A stretch of 26,987 nucleotides of DNA from Bdellovibrio sp. CG10_big_fil_rev_8_21_14_0_10_47_8 (GCA_002773975.1 PEZR01000005.1:3076-30062), one strand, 5' to 3'; positions 17,726 to 25,579 are shown, numbered from the stretch's first letter. The notes: generated by a model not told the origin, from the sequence alone. A program made the numbers and translations.

Positions 17726-18969
17726 TTTCGGCGAAACCTTTTTCTTCTTCTAAACGCTATATTATTACCAATTTTGCCTATGGATTTGGCCCTTTTCTAA
17801 GAACAACAGAAATGGCCTTGGCGACGGCGGACCTGCTGAAAAAAGTCACGCAGCAGGATTTCAACATTATTGTGCCCTGGGTTTATGGCGAGCCTCAAAA
17901 GCGTATTTTGTTGGAAGAGTTTGGAGACGTTCTGCGCGAACGTCCTGATGCCATTTTGCTCGATAAACGAATTGGAGCGCAGCTTGAGCTCATCTTTTAC
18001 GGGGAAAAAGGTTACGAGGAGTCGCTCAAGTATTTTTATCACAATCATGAACGCGTGACCGATGCGATCAATCAGTACATTGACAATGGAATTGTCGCCG
18101 AAAACATGGCCGGAGATCCGATCGATATCGCCAAGTCTGAGATTGCCATGTGTATCAGTCGGGCACCTCGAGTTTATTTTGATATTGAGCCTTCTTATTA
18201 CACCAGCTTTGGTTACATTTCCGAGATTTTGGAACGCAGTTTGGGTGTGCCCGAGGTGGCTTGTGATCAGGAGCTTGCGGAGAATCTTATTCCTCTGTTC
18301 GTAGAGATCGAAAAAAAACATCGGCTTCATTTTATCGCTGAACCGGGGACCTTTAGTTACCTCGAGAATCGGCAGCCTCGATACAACACTGAAATTATGA
18401 CCCCTCCGAATGCTCACCCCCCCAAAGATCCTGATTGTGTGGACGTGGAGCGAGGAATTTATGTGACGGTCACTGGAATTCCGGGTTTGGAGCGTTTATT
18501 CAACGAGGCTCAGCGTCTTGGATTTCGTTTTTATTCCAATAAGGCCAATTGTGTACCTGATTCTATTCGAGCGCTGCCTCACATCTTAAAGTGTCCAAAT
18601 GTTGCCTTGCACTTTGCTCGGGCTGGTTGGGGTTCCATTTGGTATTCTCTTTTTTCAGATGTTCCCTTGGTTGTTCCCAAGTATGACAAATCGGACGACC
18701 CTGAAATCTATTTCAATAATCTATGTTTACAAAAGTTGGGGCTGGGAGTCATTTACGACCGGCAGCCTTTGCCGGAGCTCTTTAAGTACACTGACAGCTA
18801 TCGTGCCGCAGCAGCGCGCGAGAAAAATCGCCTTCGGAGCGCCTATGGAACGATCAACGGTGTTCGATACACCGCTGAAAAAATTGTCGAAGATTATGTG
18901 CAGATGGAGCTGTCATTGCGTGGCCTTCGTGGGTCGAATCTATCGACGTCGTCACTGCTCAAACAATGA
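17722..18969 (+). CDS. Hypothetical GT-B fold protein (GT28/PseG-like)
   Basis: GTGA overlap with the GT4 stop. N-terminal YGFGPFLR resembles PseG IGFGHIKR. C-terminal FARAGWGSIWYSLFSDVPLVVP and N...LQKLGLG resemble MurG/GT28 C-domains. Confidence 0.55.
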   Translation: MISAKPFSSSKRYIITNFAYGFGPFLRTTEMALATADLLKKVTQQDFNIIVPWVYGEPQKRILLEEFGDVLRERPDAILLDKRIGAQLELIFYGEKGYEESLKYFYHNHERVTDAINQYIDNGIVAENMAGDPIDIAKSEIAMCISRAPRVYFDIEPSYYTSFGYISEILERSLGVPEVACDQELAENLIPLFVEIEKKHRLHFIAEPGTFSYLENRQPRYNTEIMTPPNAHPPKDPDCVDVERGIYVTVTGIPGLERLFNEAQRLGFRFYSNKANCVPDSIRALPHILKCPNVALHFARAGWGSIWYSLFSDVPLVVPKYDKSDDPEIYFNNLCLQKLGLGVIYDRQPLPELFKYTDSYRAAAAREKNRLRSAYGTINGVRYTAEKIVEDYVQMELSLRGLRGSNLSTSSLLKQ

Positions 18970-19010
18970 AATAGCTGGATAGTTTTTCCACGGTTATGTT
19001 AGAGTTTCCC

Positions 19011-19041
19011 TCTTAAATGATAGGTTAAGATTTAAGATAAT
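19011..19041 (+). promoter_or_regulatory. Possible internal promoter/operator before neuB2
   Basis: Perfect 8-bp inverted repeat TCTTAAAT(19011-18)-N11-ATTTAAGA(19030-37). TTAAAT-17 bp-GATAAT fits sigma70 spacing weakly. Lies in an 83-bp AT-rich gap. Confidence 0.3.
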
Positions 19042-19052
19042 TGGGGGGCCAG

Positions 19053-20024
19053 ATGACCAAAATCATCGTTGAAATTTGCCAGAATCATAGCGGTAATCGG
19101 GAAACATTTGCCAAAATGATCGAGTCCGCAGCTCGGAGCGGAGCAGATTACGTTAAGATGCAGTCGATTTTCTCGGAAGATCTGACAATGAGGCCTCGCT
19201 TTGAAGACGGCGAAACCCTGGCCGACGGAACTGTGAAGACAATTAAGCGTCCCTATGGGGCCGAGAAATCAAGGCTTTCCAAGCTTGATTTGACCCTCCA
19301 AGATCATGATTTTTTTATCAGCAAGTGCAAAGAGCTCGGCGTGATTCCGATGACGACGATTTTTTCTCGCCATCGAATTCCGGAAATTGGGGCCTTGGCA
19401 TGGCCAGAAAAAACCATCAAGGTTGCAAGTTATGATTGTGCAAGTTGGCCCATGCTGAAGGAGCTGGCGGCGCATTTTGACCGTTTCATTATTTCTACGG
19501 GTGCGATGGAGGATCAAGAGATCATAAAGACCGCCGAGTTGATGAAGAGTCTTGGAAAGGGGTTCACCTTTCTTCACTGTGTGACATGTTATCCAAATAC
19601 CATGGAAATGTGCCATCTTTCGCGCATGGATTGGCTGAGGACACTCACTCCACTTGTCGGTTGGTCTGATCACAGCTTGGTCGAGCGAGATGGAATTACG
19701 GCCAGCAAGGTGGCCATCATGTTGGGTGCTGATTTTATTGAACGTCATTTTACTGTGAATACAAAAAATGAAACGAAAGATGATCCAATTTCCATTAATC
19801 CTGCTCAGCTTAAAGAGCTCAGTGATTTTCGACGGCTATCCAAAGATGAACAGAAACAGCAGATTGAAAAAAGCATTCCTGAATGGAAAACTCTTTTGGG
19901 GGAAAGTCGTCGTCGTCTGAGCCAGGCTGAACTCTTAAATCGAGACTACTATCGCGGTCGTTTTGCGAGCCCCGGTGGAAATGAAACCTGGGTTTATAAC
20001 TGGGAAGAAAAGAATCTTTCCTAA
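19053..20024 (+). CDS. NeuB-family ulosonic acid synthase lacking the C-terminal SAF/antifreeze-like domain
   Basis: IIVEICQNHSG, VKMQS, KVASYD, FLHCVTCYP, GWSDHS, IERHFT, KDDPIS. It ends shortly after LNRDYYRGRF with no KRPG-containing domain. ATG 19053 is preferred over TTG 19041. Confidence 0.9.
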   Translation: MTKIIVEICQNHSGNRETFAKMIESAARSGADYVKMQSIFSEDLTMRPRFEDGETLADGTVKTIKRPYGAEKSRLSKLDLTLQDHDFFISKCKELGVIPMTTIFSRHRIPEIGALAWPEKTIKVASYDCASWPMLKELAAHFDRFIISTGAMEDQEIIKTAELMKSLGKGFTFLHCVTCYPNTMEMCHLSRMDWLRTLTPLVGWSDHSLVERDGITASKVAIMLGADFIERHFTVNTKNETKDDPISINPAQLKELSDFRRLSKDEQKQQIEKSIPEWKTLLGESRRRLSQAELLNRDYYRGRFASPGGNETWVYNWEEKNLS

Positions 20025-20029
20025 GTGAC

Positions 20030-20048
20030 CCCCGTTTTAAGAACGGGG
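20030..20048 (+). other. GC-rich hairpin between neuB2 and neuA2
   Basis: CCCCGTT-TTAAG-AACGGGG: perfect 7-bp stem, 5-nt loop, starting 6 nt after the stop. Only a weak ATTTG tail, so terminator function is uncertain. Confidence 0.45.
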
Positions 20049-20067
20049 ATTTGGGTGTAGTGAAATC

Positions 20068-20859
20068 ATGACAAGAATCGTATCGGCTCAAAAATCGTCA
20101 ACATATTCTCACAAAGGGAAGTCCCTGAGGATTCTAGCGATTATTCCGGCTCGTGGTGGCTCCAAAGGAGTTCCAAGGAAAAATCTCCGACCCCTCGGAG
20201 GCGAGCCGCTTTTATATTATATGCTGAAGGCCGCAATGGAGGCACAGACCCTCACCAGAGTCGTAGTGTCTACTGAAGATGACGAAATCATGCAGGTCGC
20301 CGAAAGTCTTGCGGGGAAAAATGTTGTCATCCGACGACCACAAGAGCTCGCCCAGGACGTTTCGGCGGATGCGCCGATGCTTCAGCATGCTGTTCGTGAG
20401 GTTGAAAAGTTAGATGGAGTGACTTTTGACTATGTTGTGCAGCTTCATGCAACGACCCCATTTTTTACAGCCCAAGATATTGATCAGGCTTTGGGTCTTG
20501 TTTTGGCAGATCCTGCGGCAGATTCTGTGGTCAGTGTTTTTCAGGTAAATAGCTTTCACCCGTCCAAGCTAAAACAGATCTGCGGAAATCGATTGCAACA
20601 GTACGTCGAGCAGTTCGAAGAGAAAACAACATCCCGCCGCCAGGATTTTCATCCGGTTTACAAACGCAACGGTGGTCTTTATGCCACCAAACGAGAGGTC
20701 GTGATGAACTGGGGACGTGTATGGGGAGATCATGTTATTCCCTATGTGATGCCTGACTACAAATCTCTTGAGGTAGATTCGCCGATCGATTTTTTCTTGG
20801 CAGACCTGCTGATGAAGCACCTCAAAGGACATGCAAGTATTGAGGAGGCGATAAAATAA
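20068..20859 (+). CDS. CMP-ulosonate synthetase 2 (NeuA/KdsB-like cytidylyltransferase)
   Basis: IIPARGGSKGVPRKNLR, VSTEDDEI, RRPQELAQD, LHATTPF, KRNGGLY, EVDSPIDF. Confidence 0.9.
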   Translation: MTRIVSAQKSSTYSHKGKSLRILAIIPARGGSKGVPRKNLRPLGGEPLLYYMLKAAMEAQTLTRVVVSTEDDEIMQVAESLAGKNVVIRRPQELAQDVSADAPMLQHAVREVEKLDGVTFDYVVQLHATTPFFTAQDIDQALGLVLADPAADSVVSVFQVNSFHPSKLKQICGNRLQQYVEQFEEKTTSRRQDFHPVYKRNGGLYATKREVVMNWGRVWGDHVIPYVMPDYKSLEVDSPIDFFLADLLMKHLKGHASIEEAIK

Positions 20860-21299
20860 TGATTGAACGTATTCAGCACTTAGATAAAGAACTAGCTTTG
20901 ATTGTCCGACATTCTTTTCGTAAAGAGGGGATTGAATTCTTCACTCCGAATACCTATTCGCAACAAATAGGTTATATGAATCGTCCGACTGGGTATGTTA
21001 TCGCACCCCATGTCCACAATGCTGTTCCTCGCGAAGTTCAGTTCACCAAAGAAGTTCTGTTGATAAAGAGCGGTCGCTTGCGAGTGGATTTCTATTCTGA
21101 TTCTCAGGAATACCTGGAGAGCACGATTTTATTTGCGGGGGATATCATTTTGTTGGCCTTCGGAGGTCATGGTTTTGTGATGTTGGAGCCGACCGAAATT
21201 ATTGAAGTGAAGCAGGGGCCTTACGCTGGAGATCAAGATAAGACCCGATTTGAACCAGTTGAGGACGCCAAGGTGAAATTGAGGAAGGGAAATTCCTGA
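20859..21299 (+). CDS. Cupin-fold protein
   Basis: IAPHVHN...EVLLIKSG (cupin motif 1) and GDIILLAFGGHGF (motif 2); TAATG coupling to the upstream stop. Confidence 0.75.
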   Translation: MIERIQHLDKELALIVRHSFRKEGIEFFTPNTYSQQIGYMNRPTGYVIAPHVHNAVPREVQFTKEVLLIKSGRLRVDFYSDSQEYLESTILFAGDIILLAFGGHGFVMLEPTEIIEVKQGPYAGDQDKTRFEPVEDAKVKLRKGNS

Positions 21300-22048
21300 T
21301 GAGTTCAGTTTTTGATTCCTACGGCGCTTATTACGATCTTCTTTACGGTGATAAAAACTATGCTGCTGAAGTCGAGTATATTGATAATTTGCTTAAGCGG
21401 TATGGAAAAGACACTCGTCAAATTATTGAACTGGGAGCAGGGACCGGTATTCATGGGTCCCTTTTGGCAGAAAAAGGGTACAAAATAAATGGCATCGAAT
21501 TGAGTTCTCAAATGGTTGCCAGAGCGAGAGTCTCGTCGGGATTTTCAATTCAACAGGGGGATATTCGCAGCTTACGTTTGAATCAGACTTTTGATGCGGC
21601 TATTTCTCTCTTTCATGTCTTGAGCTATCAAGTGACCAATGAAGATATCTTGGAGACTTTAAAGACGGCGCATCTTCATCTGAGACCGGGAGCTATTTTT
21701 ATTTTTGATTTTTGGTATTCGCCGGCTGTTTATTCACAACGACCCGAAAGTCGCGTGAAAACGATGGAAAATGCTCAGGCAAAAATCACCCGATGGGCAG
21801 AGCCAAAAATCTATGCCAATGAAAATCGGGTTGATGTGCAATACAAAATTCATGCAGAAGAGATTCAGACCCGAAAAACCGATGAGTTTTTCGAGACTCA
21901 TTCGATGCGGCACTTTTCTCTTCCAGAAATTGATCTGCTCGCGACGGCAACTGGTTTTGAGCGGATTCAAGCCGAGGAGTTTTTAACCGCGGCTGCGCCG
22001 AGTGAAAATACTTGGGGAGTTTGCGTAGTATTGAGGAGACGGCCATGA
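21299..22048 (+). CDS. Class I SAM methyltransferase, TylM1/DesVI-like
   Basis: YYDLLYGDKNYAAEV, IIELGAGTGIH, GIELSSQMV, QQGDIR, FDAAISLFHVLSY, HLRPGAIFIFDFWY; TGATG coupling. Confidence 0.85.
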   Translation: MSSVFDSYGAYYDLLYGDKNYAAEVEYIDNLLKRYGKDTRQIIELGAGTGIHGSLLAEKGYKINGIELSSQMVARARVSSGFSIQQGDIRSLRLNQTFDAAISLFHVLSYQVTNEDILETLKTAHLHLRPGAIFIFDFWYSPAVYSQRPESRVKTMENAQAKITRWAEPKIYANENRVDVQYKIHAEEIQTRKTDEFFETHSMRHFSLPEIDLLATATGFERIQAEEFLTAAAPSENTWGVCVVLRRRP

Positions 22049-23169
22049 GCGAAGAATTTATTCCGGTCAATACTCCGCTGTTGAATGGCAACGAGGAAAA
22101 ATATCTGTTGGATTGCATTCGCACCGGTTGGATCTCATCAGAAGGCCCATTGATCAAAAAATTTGAAGCACAGTTTTCGGCCCAGGTTGGAAGAAAACAT
22201 GGCATCGCAGTCAGCAATGGCACGGCTGCCATCGATGCCGTCATAGAAGCTTTAAATTTGGGACCTGGGGATGAGGTTATCCTGCCCACATTCACAATTA
22301 TCTCTTGTATCTCTCAGATCGTTCGTTCCGGTGCCAAACCGGTCTTAGTGGACAGTGACCCGGTCACATGGAACATGGACGTGGCGCAGGTAGAGGAAAA
22401 AATTACTCCCAGAACCAAGGCGATCATGCTGGTTCATATTTATGGTTTACCAGTAGATATGGATCCGCTTTTAGCTTTGGCAAAGAAACATGGATTGAAG
22501 GTGATCGAGGACGCAGCAGAAATGCACGGACAAACCTACAAAGGAAAGCCTTGTGGAAGTTTTGGCGACATCAGTATTTTCAGTTTCTATCCGAACAAAC
22601 ACATCACTACGGGAGAGGGTGGAATGATCGTTACTGACGACGATCAGCTGGCAGAGGATTGTCGCAGTCTGCGCAACCTCTGTTTCCAACCTCAAAAACG
22701 CTTCGTGCACGAGAGGCTTGGTTGGAATCTACGGATGACGAACATTCAAGCTGCCTTGGGCGTAGCCCAGTTGGAGCGGCTCGATGAGTTTATAAAATTG
22801 AAACGAAAAATGGGATTATTATATACTGAGCTATTTTCAGGTCGGTTGCCGGATGTGCAGTTGCCTCTTGCTAAAACAAGTTATGCGGAAAACATCTACT
22901 GGGTTTATGGTCTCGTGGTGGATGAAAAGAGGGGTTTCGATGCCGAAGAGATTATTCGAAGACTGGGGGCAAAGGGTGTTGGATGTCGACCTTTTTTCTA
23001 TCCCATGCACCAGCAGCCAGTATTAAAGAGGATGGGTCTTTTTGAGAATGAAAGTTACCCTGTCGCTGAGAGAATTTCAAAACAAGGATTTTATATTCCC
23101 AGCGGTTTGGCGCTGACGGAGCAACAAATACACCGCGTGGCGGATGTCGTGATGAAAGAGTTAACATGA
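22045..23169 (+). CDS. PLP-dependent DegT/DnrJ aminotransferase, GDP-perosamine synthase-like
   Basis: GWISSEG, AVSNGTAA, VHIYGLP, IEDAAEMHG, FSFYPNKHITTGEGGM (PLP lysine), GWNLRMTNIQAALG. ATG 22045 follows GAGGAG and overlaps the upstream stop (ATGA). Confidence 0.88.
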   Translation: MSEEFIPVNTPLLNGNEEKYLLDCIRTGWISSEGPLIKKFEAQFSAQVGRKHGIAVSNGTAAIDAVIEALNLGPGDEVILPTFTIISCISQIVRSGAKPVLVDSDPVTWNMDVAQVEEKITPRTKAIMLVHIYGLPVDMDPLLALAKKHGLKVIEDAAEMHGQTYKGKPCGSFGDISIFSFYPNKHITTGEGGMIVTDDDQLAEDCRSLRNLCFQPQKRFVHERLGWNLRMTNIQAALGVAQLERLDEFIKLKRKMGLLYTELFSGRLPDVQLPLAKTSYAENIYWVYGLVVDEKRGFDAEEIIRRLGAKGVGCRPFFYPMHQQPVLKRMGLFENESYPVAERISKQGFYIPSGLALTEQQIHRVADVVMKELT

Positions 23170-24923
23170 ACACCAATTCAATCAGTGAAAAGATAAAACA
23201 GCTCATTAGAACAAAGTGGATACTCCGTTTTGTTCTTTTTCCATTTGTGCGGCCAAAGCGTTTTATGGATGAGTTCGTTTGGGCGTTGTGTGATTTTTGG
23301 ACCTTTCGAAGTTCGATTAAAAACTATTTGAGTTTTTTACGTCGCGACCCACCGTCAGCTGAAAATAAACCTGGCCTTTTGATTGTTGCGGGTCGGGGAA
23401 TGAACACTCAGTGGTGCCAATTGTGGGCTGTGCTGGGGGCTGTATTTGCAAATCGCACTCATCGTGTTTTTGTCCTCACATCTAGAAATCAACCCATGTT
23501 GAATCTGTATTTTCGTATCTTTGGTTTTGATTTTATTTTTCTAGAAGACCTAAAGATCTCCACCGTCATTGTTCCTCAGTCAGCCCTTGATCAAATCAAT
23601 GGGCTAGAGTCCTTTATGGATTTCAAGACCTTTAAACTGGACGGCGCTCCTTTGGGGTCGATGGCAATGTCGACATATAGTCGCACCAAAGTGACAGGCG
23701 TCATCGATATTCAGGATGCTCAGACGCGGGAAGAAGTTCGAGCTTGGTTGGTCTTTATCTATCAATCTGTTGTGGCTTCCAAACAGCTGTATCAAAAGAA
23801 CAACATTGATATGCTCTTCTTCACTGAAGTGTTTATGGAAGAATATGGGGCTTTCTACTATGGAGCATTGGACATGGGCCTGAATGTCATCCGCTTCGCT
23901 GGAACGGTCCGAGACAATGCGGTGATAGTCCAGCATTTGACCAAGGAAAGTGACCGAACTCACCATGCGGCGGTGACATCACAGAGTTGGAGCCAGATTG
24001 TGGATGCTCCAGACTCCAAACAAATTGATCTTGAATTGGAACGAAATTTTCTGGATCGGTATGGGGATGTTTGGGCCATGTCGACACGCAATCAACCCAA
24101 CACAAAAATTGTCGACCCTAAAGTTGCCAGAGCAGAGTTGGGGATTCCCTCGGATCGAAAAATGGGGGTTATTTTTAGTCATATTTTGTACGACACACTC
24201 TTTTTTATCGGAGAGGATCTGTTCCCCAGTTATGCGGATTGGTTTGTAGAAAGCGTAAAGGCCGCCTGTGCTAATCCAAATATTGAATGGTTTGTTAAAG
24301 TTCATCCTTCCAATTTGTGGCGCGGAGAGCTTGAGCAGTTCTTCGGTGGGAAATACGAAGAAGTTCGATTGATCGAGAGATTTGTTGGTCCCTTACCCAA
24401 ACACGTTCACATGGTTTACCCAGACACACCCTATAGCCCATATACCTGGCTTCAGATGACTGATTATGGAATCACTGTTCGTGGTACGTCAGGAATTGAG
24501 CTGGGTGCTTTGGGAAAAACTGTGATCACGGCGGGGAGCGGTCGATATGAAAAAATCGGTTTCACGGTCAACCCAAGGACCTCTGCCGAATACATGGAGT
24601 TATTAAAGTCACTGCCGAAGGCTCCGGAGCCCAGTATTGAGCAAAAACGTCTCGGAGTTAAGTTTGCCTATATGACATTTTGTATGAAGCCGTTTACCTT
24701 GGACTTTCTGAAACCAGTACCAAAATTCGGAAAAACTCGAATATTCGGAACTGATGATTTGGTCTATCGGGGAAATTTTCCAGAATCCATGACCGAATTG
24801 CCGGCTTCCGTGGAAAGATTTTTTCGTTGGAGTTTTAACAAAGAATCTGTCGATTTTTTAAACGATTGGCCCGTTCAACCTAAGGAGTTTCACCATGGCG
24901 CTGTTTCAACATCAAATCTTTGA
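23166..24923 (+). CDS. Capsule-biosynthesis (KpsS/KpsC-like) GT-B protein, candidate ulosonic acid transferase
   Basis: C-domain WFVKVHPSN and YGITVRGTSGIELGALGKTVITAGSGRY follow the Capsule_synth pattern (K.HP ... T..ST.G.E....G.PV...G...Y); ATGA overlap. Confidence 0.65.
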   Translation: MNTNSISEKIKQLIRTKWILRFVLFPFVRPKRFMDEFVWALCDFWTFRSSIKNYLSFLRRDPPSAENKPGLLIVAGRGMNTQWCQLWAVLGAVFANRTHRVFVLTSRNQPMLNLYFRIFGFDFIFLEDLKISTVIVPQSALDQINGLESFMDFKTFKLDGAPLGSMAMSTYSRTKVTGVIDIQDAQTREEVRAWLVFIYQSVVASKQLYQKNNIDMLFFTEVFMEEYGAFYYGALDMGLNVIRFAGTVRDNAVIVQHLTKESDRTHHAAVTSQSWSQIVDAPDSKQIDLELERNFLDRYGDVWAMSTRNQPNTKIVDPKVARAELGIPSDRKMGVIFSHILYDTLFFIGEDLFPSYADWFVESVKAACANPNIEWFVKVHPSNLWRGELEQFFGGKYEEVRLIERFVGPLPKHVHMVYPDTPYSPYTWLQMTDYGITVRGTSGIELGALGKTVITAGSGRYEKIGFTVNPRTSAEYMELLKSLPKAPEPSIEQKRLGVKFAYMTFCMKPFTLDFLKPVPKFGKTRIFGTDDLVYRGNFPESMTELPASVERFFRWSFNKESVDFLNDWPVQPKEFHHGAVSTSNL

Positions 24924-25467
24924 TGAACGCAGAATGAATGGAAAAAAAATTCTGGATATCGGTTGCGGCCGTCATAAGTTGCCCGGAGCCGTGGGCGTAG
25001 ATCAGTTGGCAGTTCCTGGTGTCGATGTAGTGACGGACTTAAATAAAGCTCTTCCATTCAAAGACGGTGAATTCGAGGTCGTCCATTCTAACCAGGTTTT
25101 AGAGCACATTCCGAATTTGATCGGCCTGATGGAAGAAATGCATCGAGTTCTTGCTCCGGGTGGAATGCTCGTGGCCCATGTACCCTATTTTCGATCAAGT
25201 TGGGCGGCCATCGATCCTACTCATGTTCGGCAGTTCACGATCAATTCTTTGGACTATTTCGCACAGGGAACATTTATGAATGAGGGTTATCGATTTTCGG
25301 ACGTTCGGTACTCTTCAATTGAAATATACCTGGATGGAAACTATCCGAAGTCGATATTTCGATGGTTTTTTACAAAACTAGCATTGCGCTTTCCAAACCG
25401 ATTTGAAAATACGTTCCTGTCGTTTTTATACCCGTTTCAAACACTCACCTTTGTTCTAAGGAAATAG
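24895..25467 (+). CDS. Small class I SAM methyltransferase (Methyltransf_11-like)
   Basis: ILDIGCG, VGVD, DLNKALPF, VLEHI, EMHRVLAPGG, DPTH; AAGGAG RBS before ATG 24895. Confidence 0.85.
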   Translation: MALFQHQIFDERRMNGKKILDIGCGRHKLPGAVGVDQLAVPGVDVVTDLNKALPFKDGEFEVVHSNQVLEHIPNLIGLMEEMHRVLAPGGMLVAHVPYFRSSWAAIDPTHVRQFTINSLDYFAQGTFMNEGYRFSDVRYSSIEIYLDGNYPKSIFRWFFTKLALRFPNRFENTFLSFLYPFQTLTFVLRK

Positions 25468-25531
25468 AAATATATCAGCCAAAGTTATATTCGTCGGATA
25501 TGCCAAGGTGAGTAGATATTCATTGAATATT

Positions 25532-25566
25532 TCCGTTCACTCCATAGAAATATTGTGGAGTACGGA
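25532..25566. terminator. Putative terminator hairpin between convergent blocks
   Basis: TCCGT-tc-ACTCCA-N11-TGGAGT-ACGGA gives 11 bp with a 2-nt bulge in the convergent gap. T-rich flank is imperfect (TCCTGTTTT). Confidence 0.45.
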
Positions 25567-25579
25567 TCCTGTTTTGAGT

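Noticed and set aside
17797-18417. 206-aa minus-strand ORF (likewise 21786..22295 -, 19269..19748 -, 4784..5260 +, 23604..23966 - and other short track ORFs)
   Set aside because: They lie antisense to or out of frame within well-supported genes and show no recognisable motifs; treated as shadow ORFs.
11298-25526. 8-bp inverted match TCAATGAA (11298) / TTCATTGA (25519) at the two ends of the plus block, as possible inversion sites
   Set aside because: An 8-bp AT-rich match between gaps of about 190 and 110 bp is expected by chance at a non-trivial rate, it does not extend, and no recombinase is in the window.
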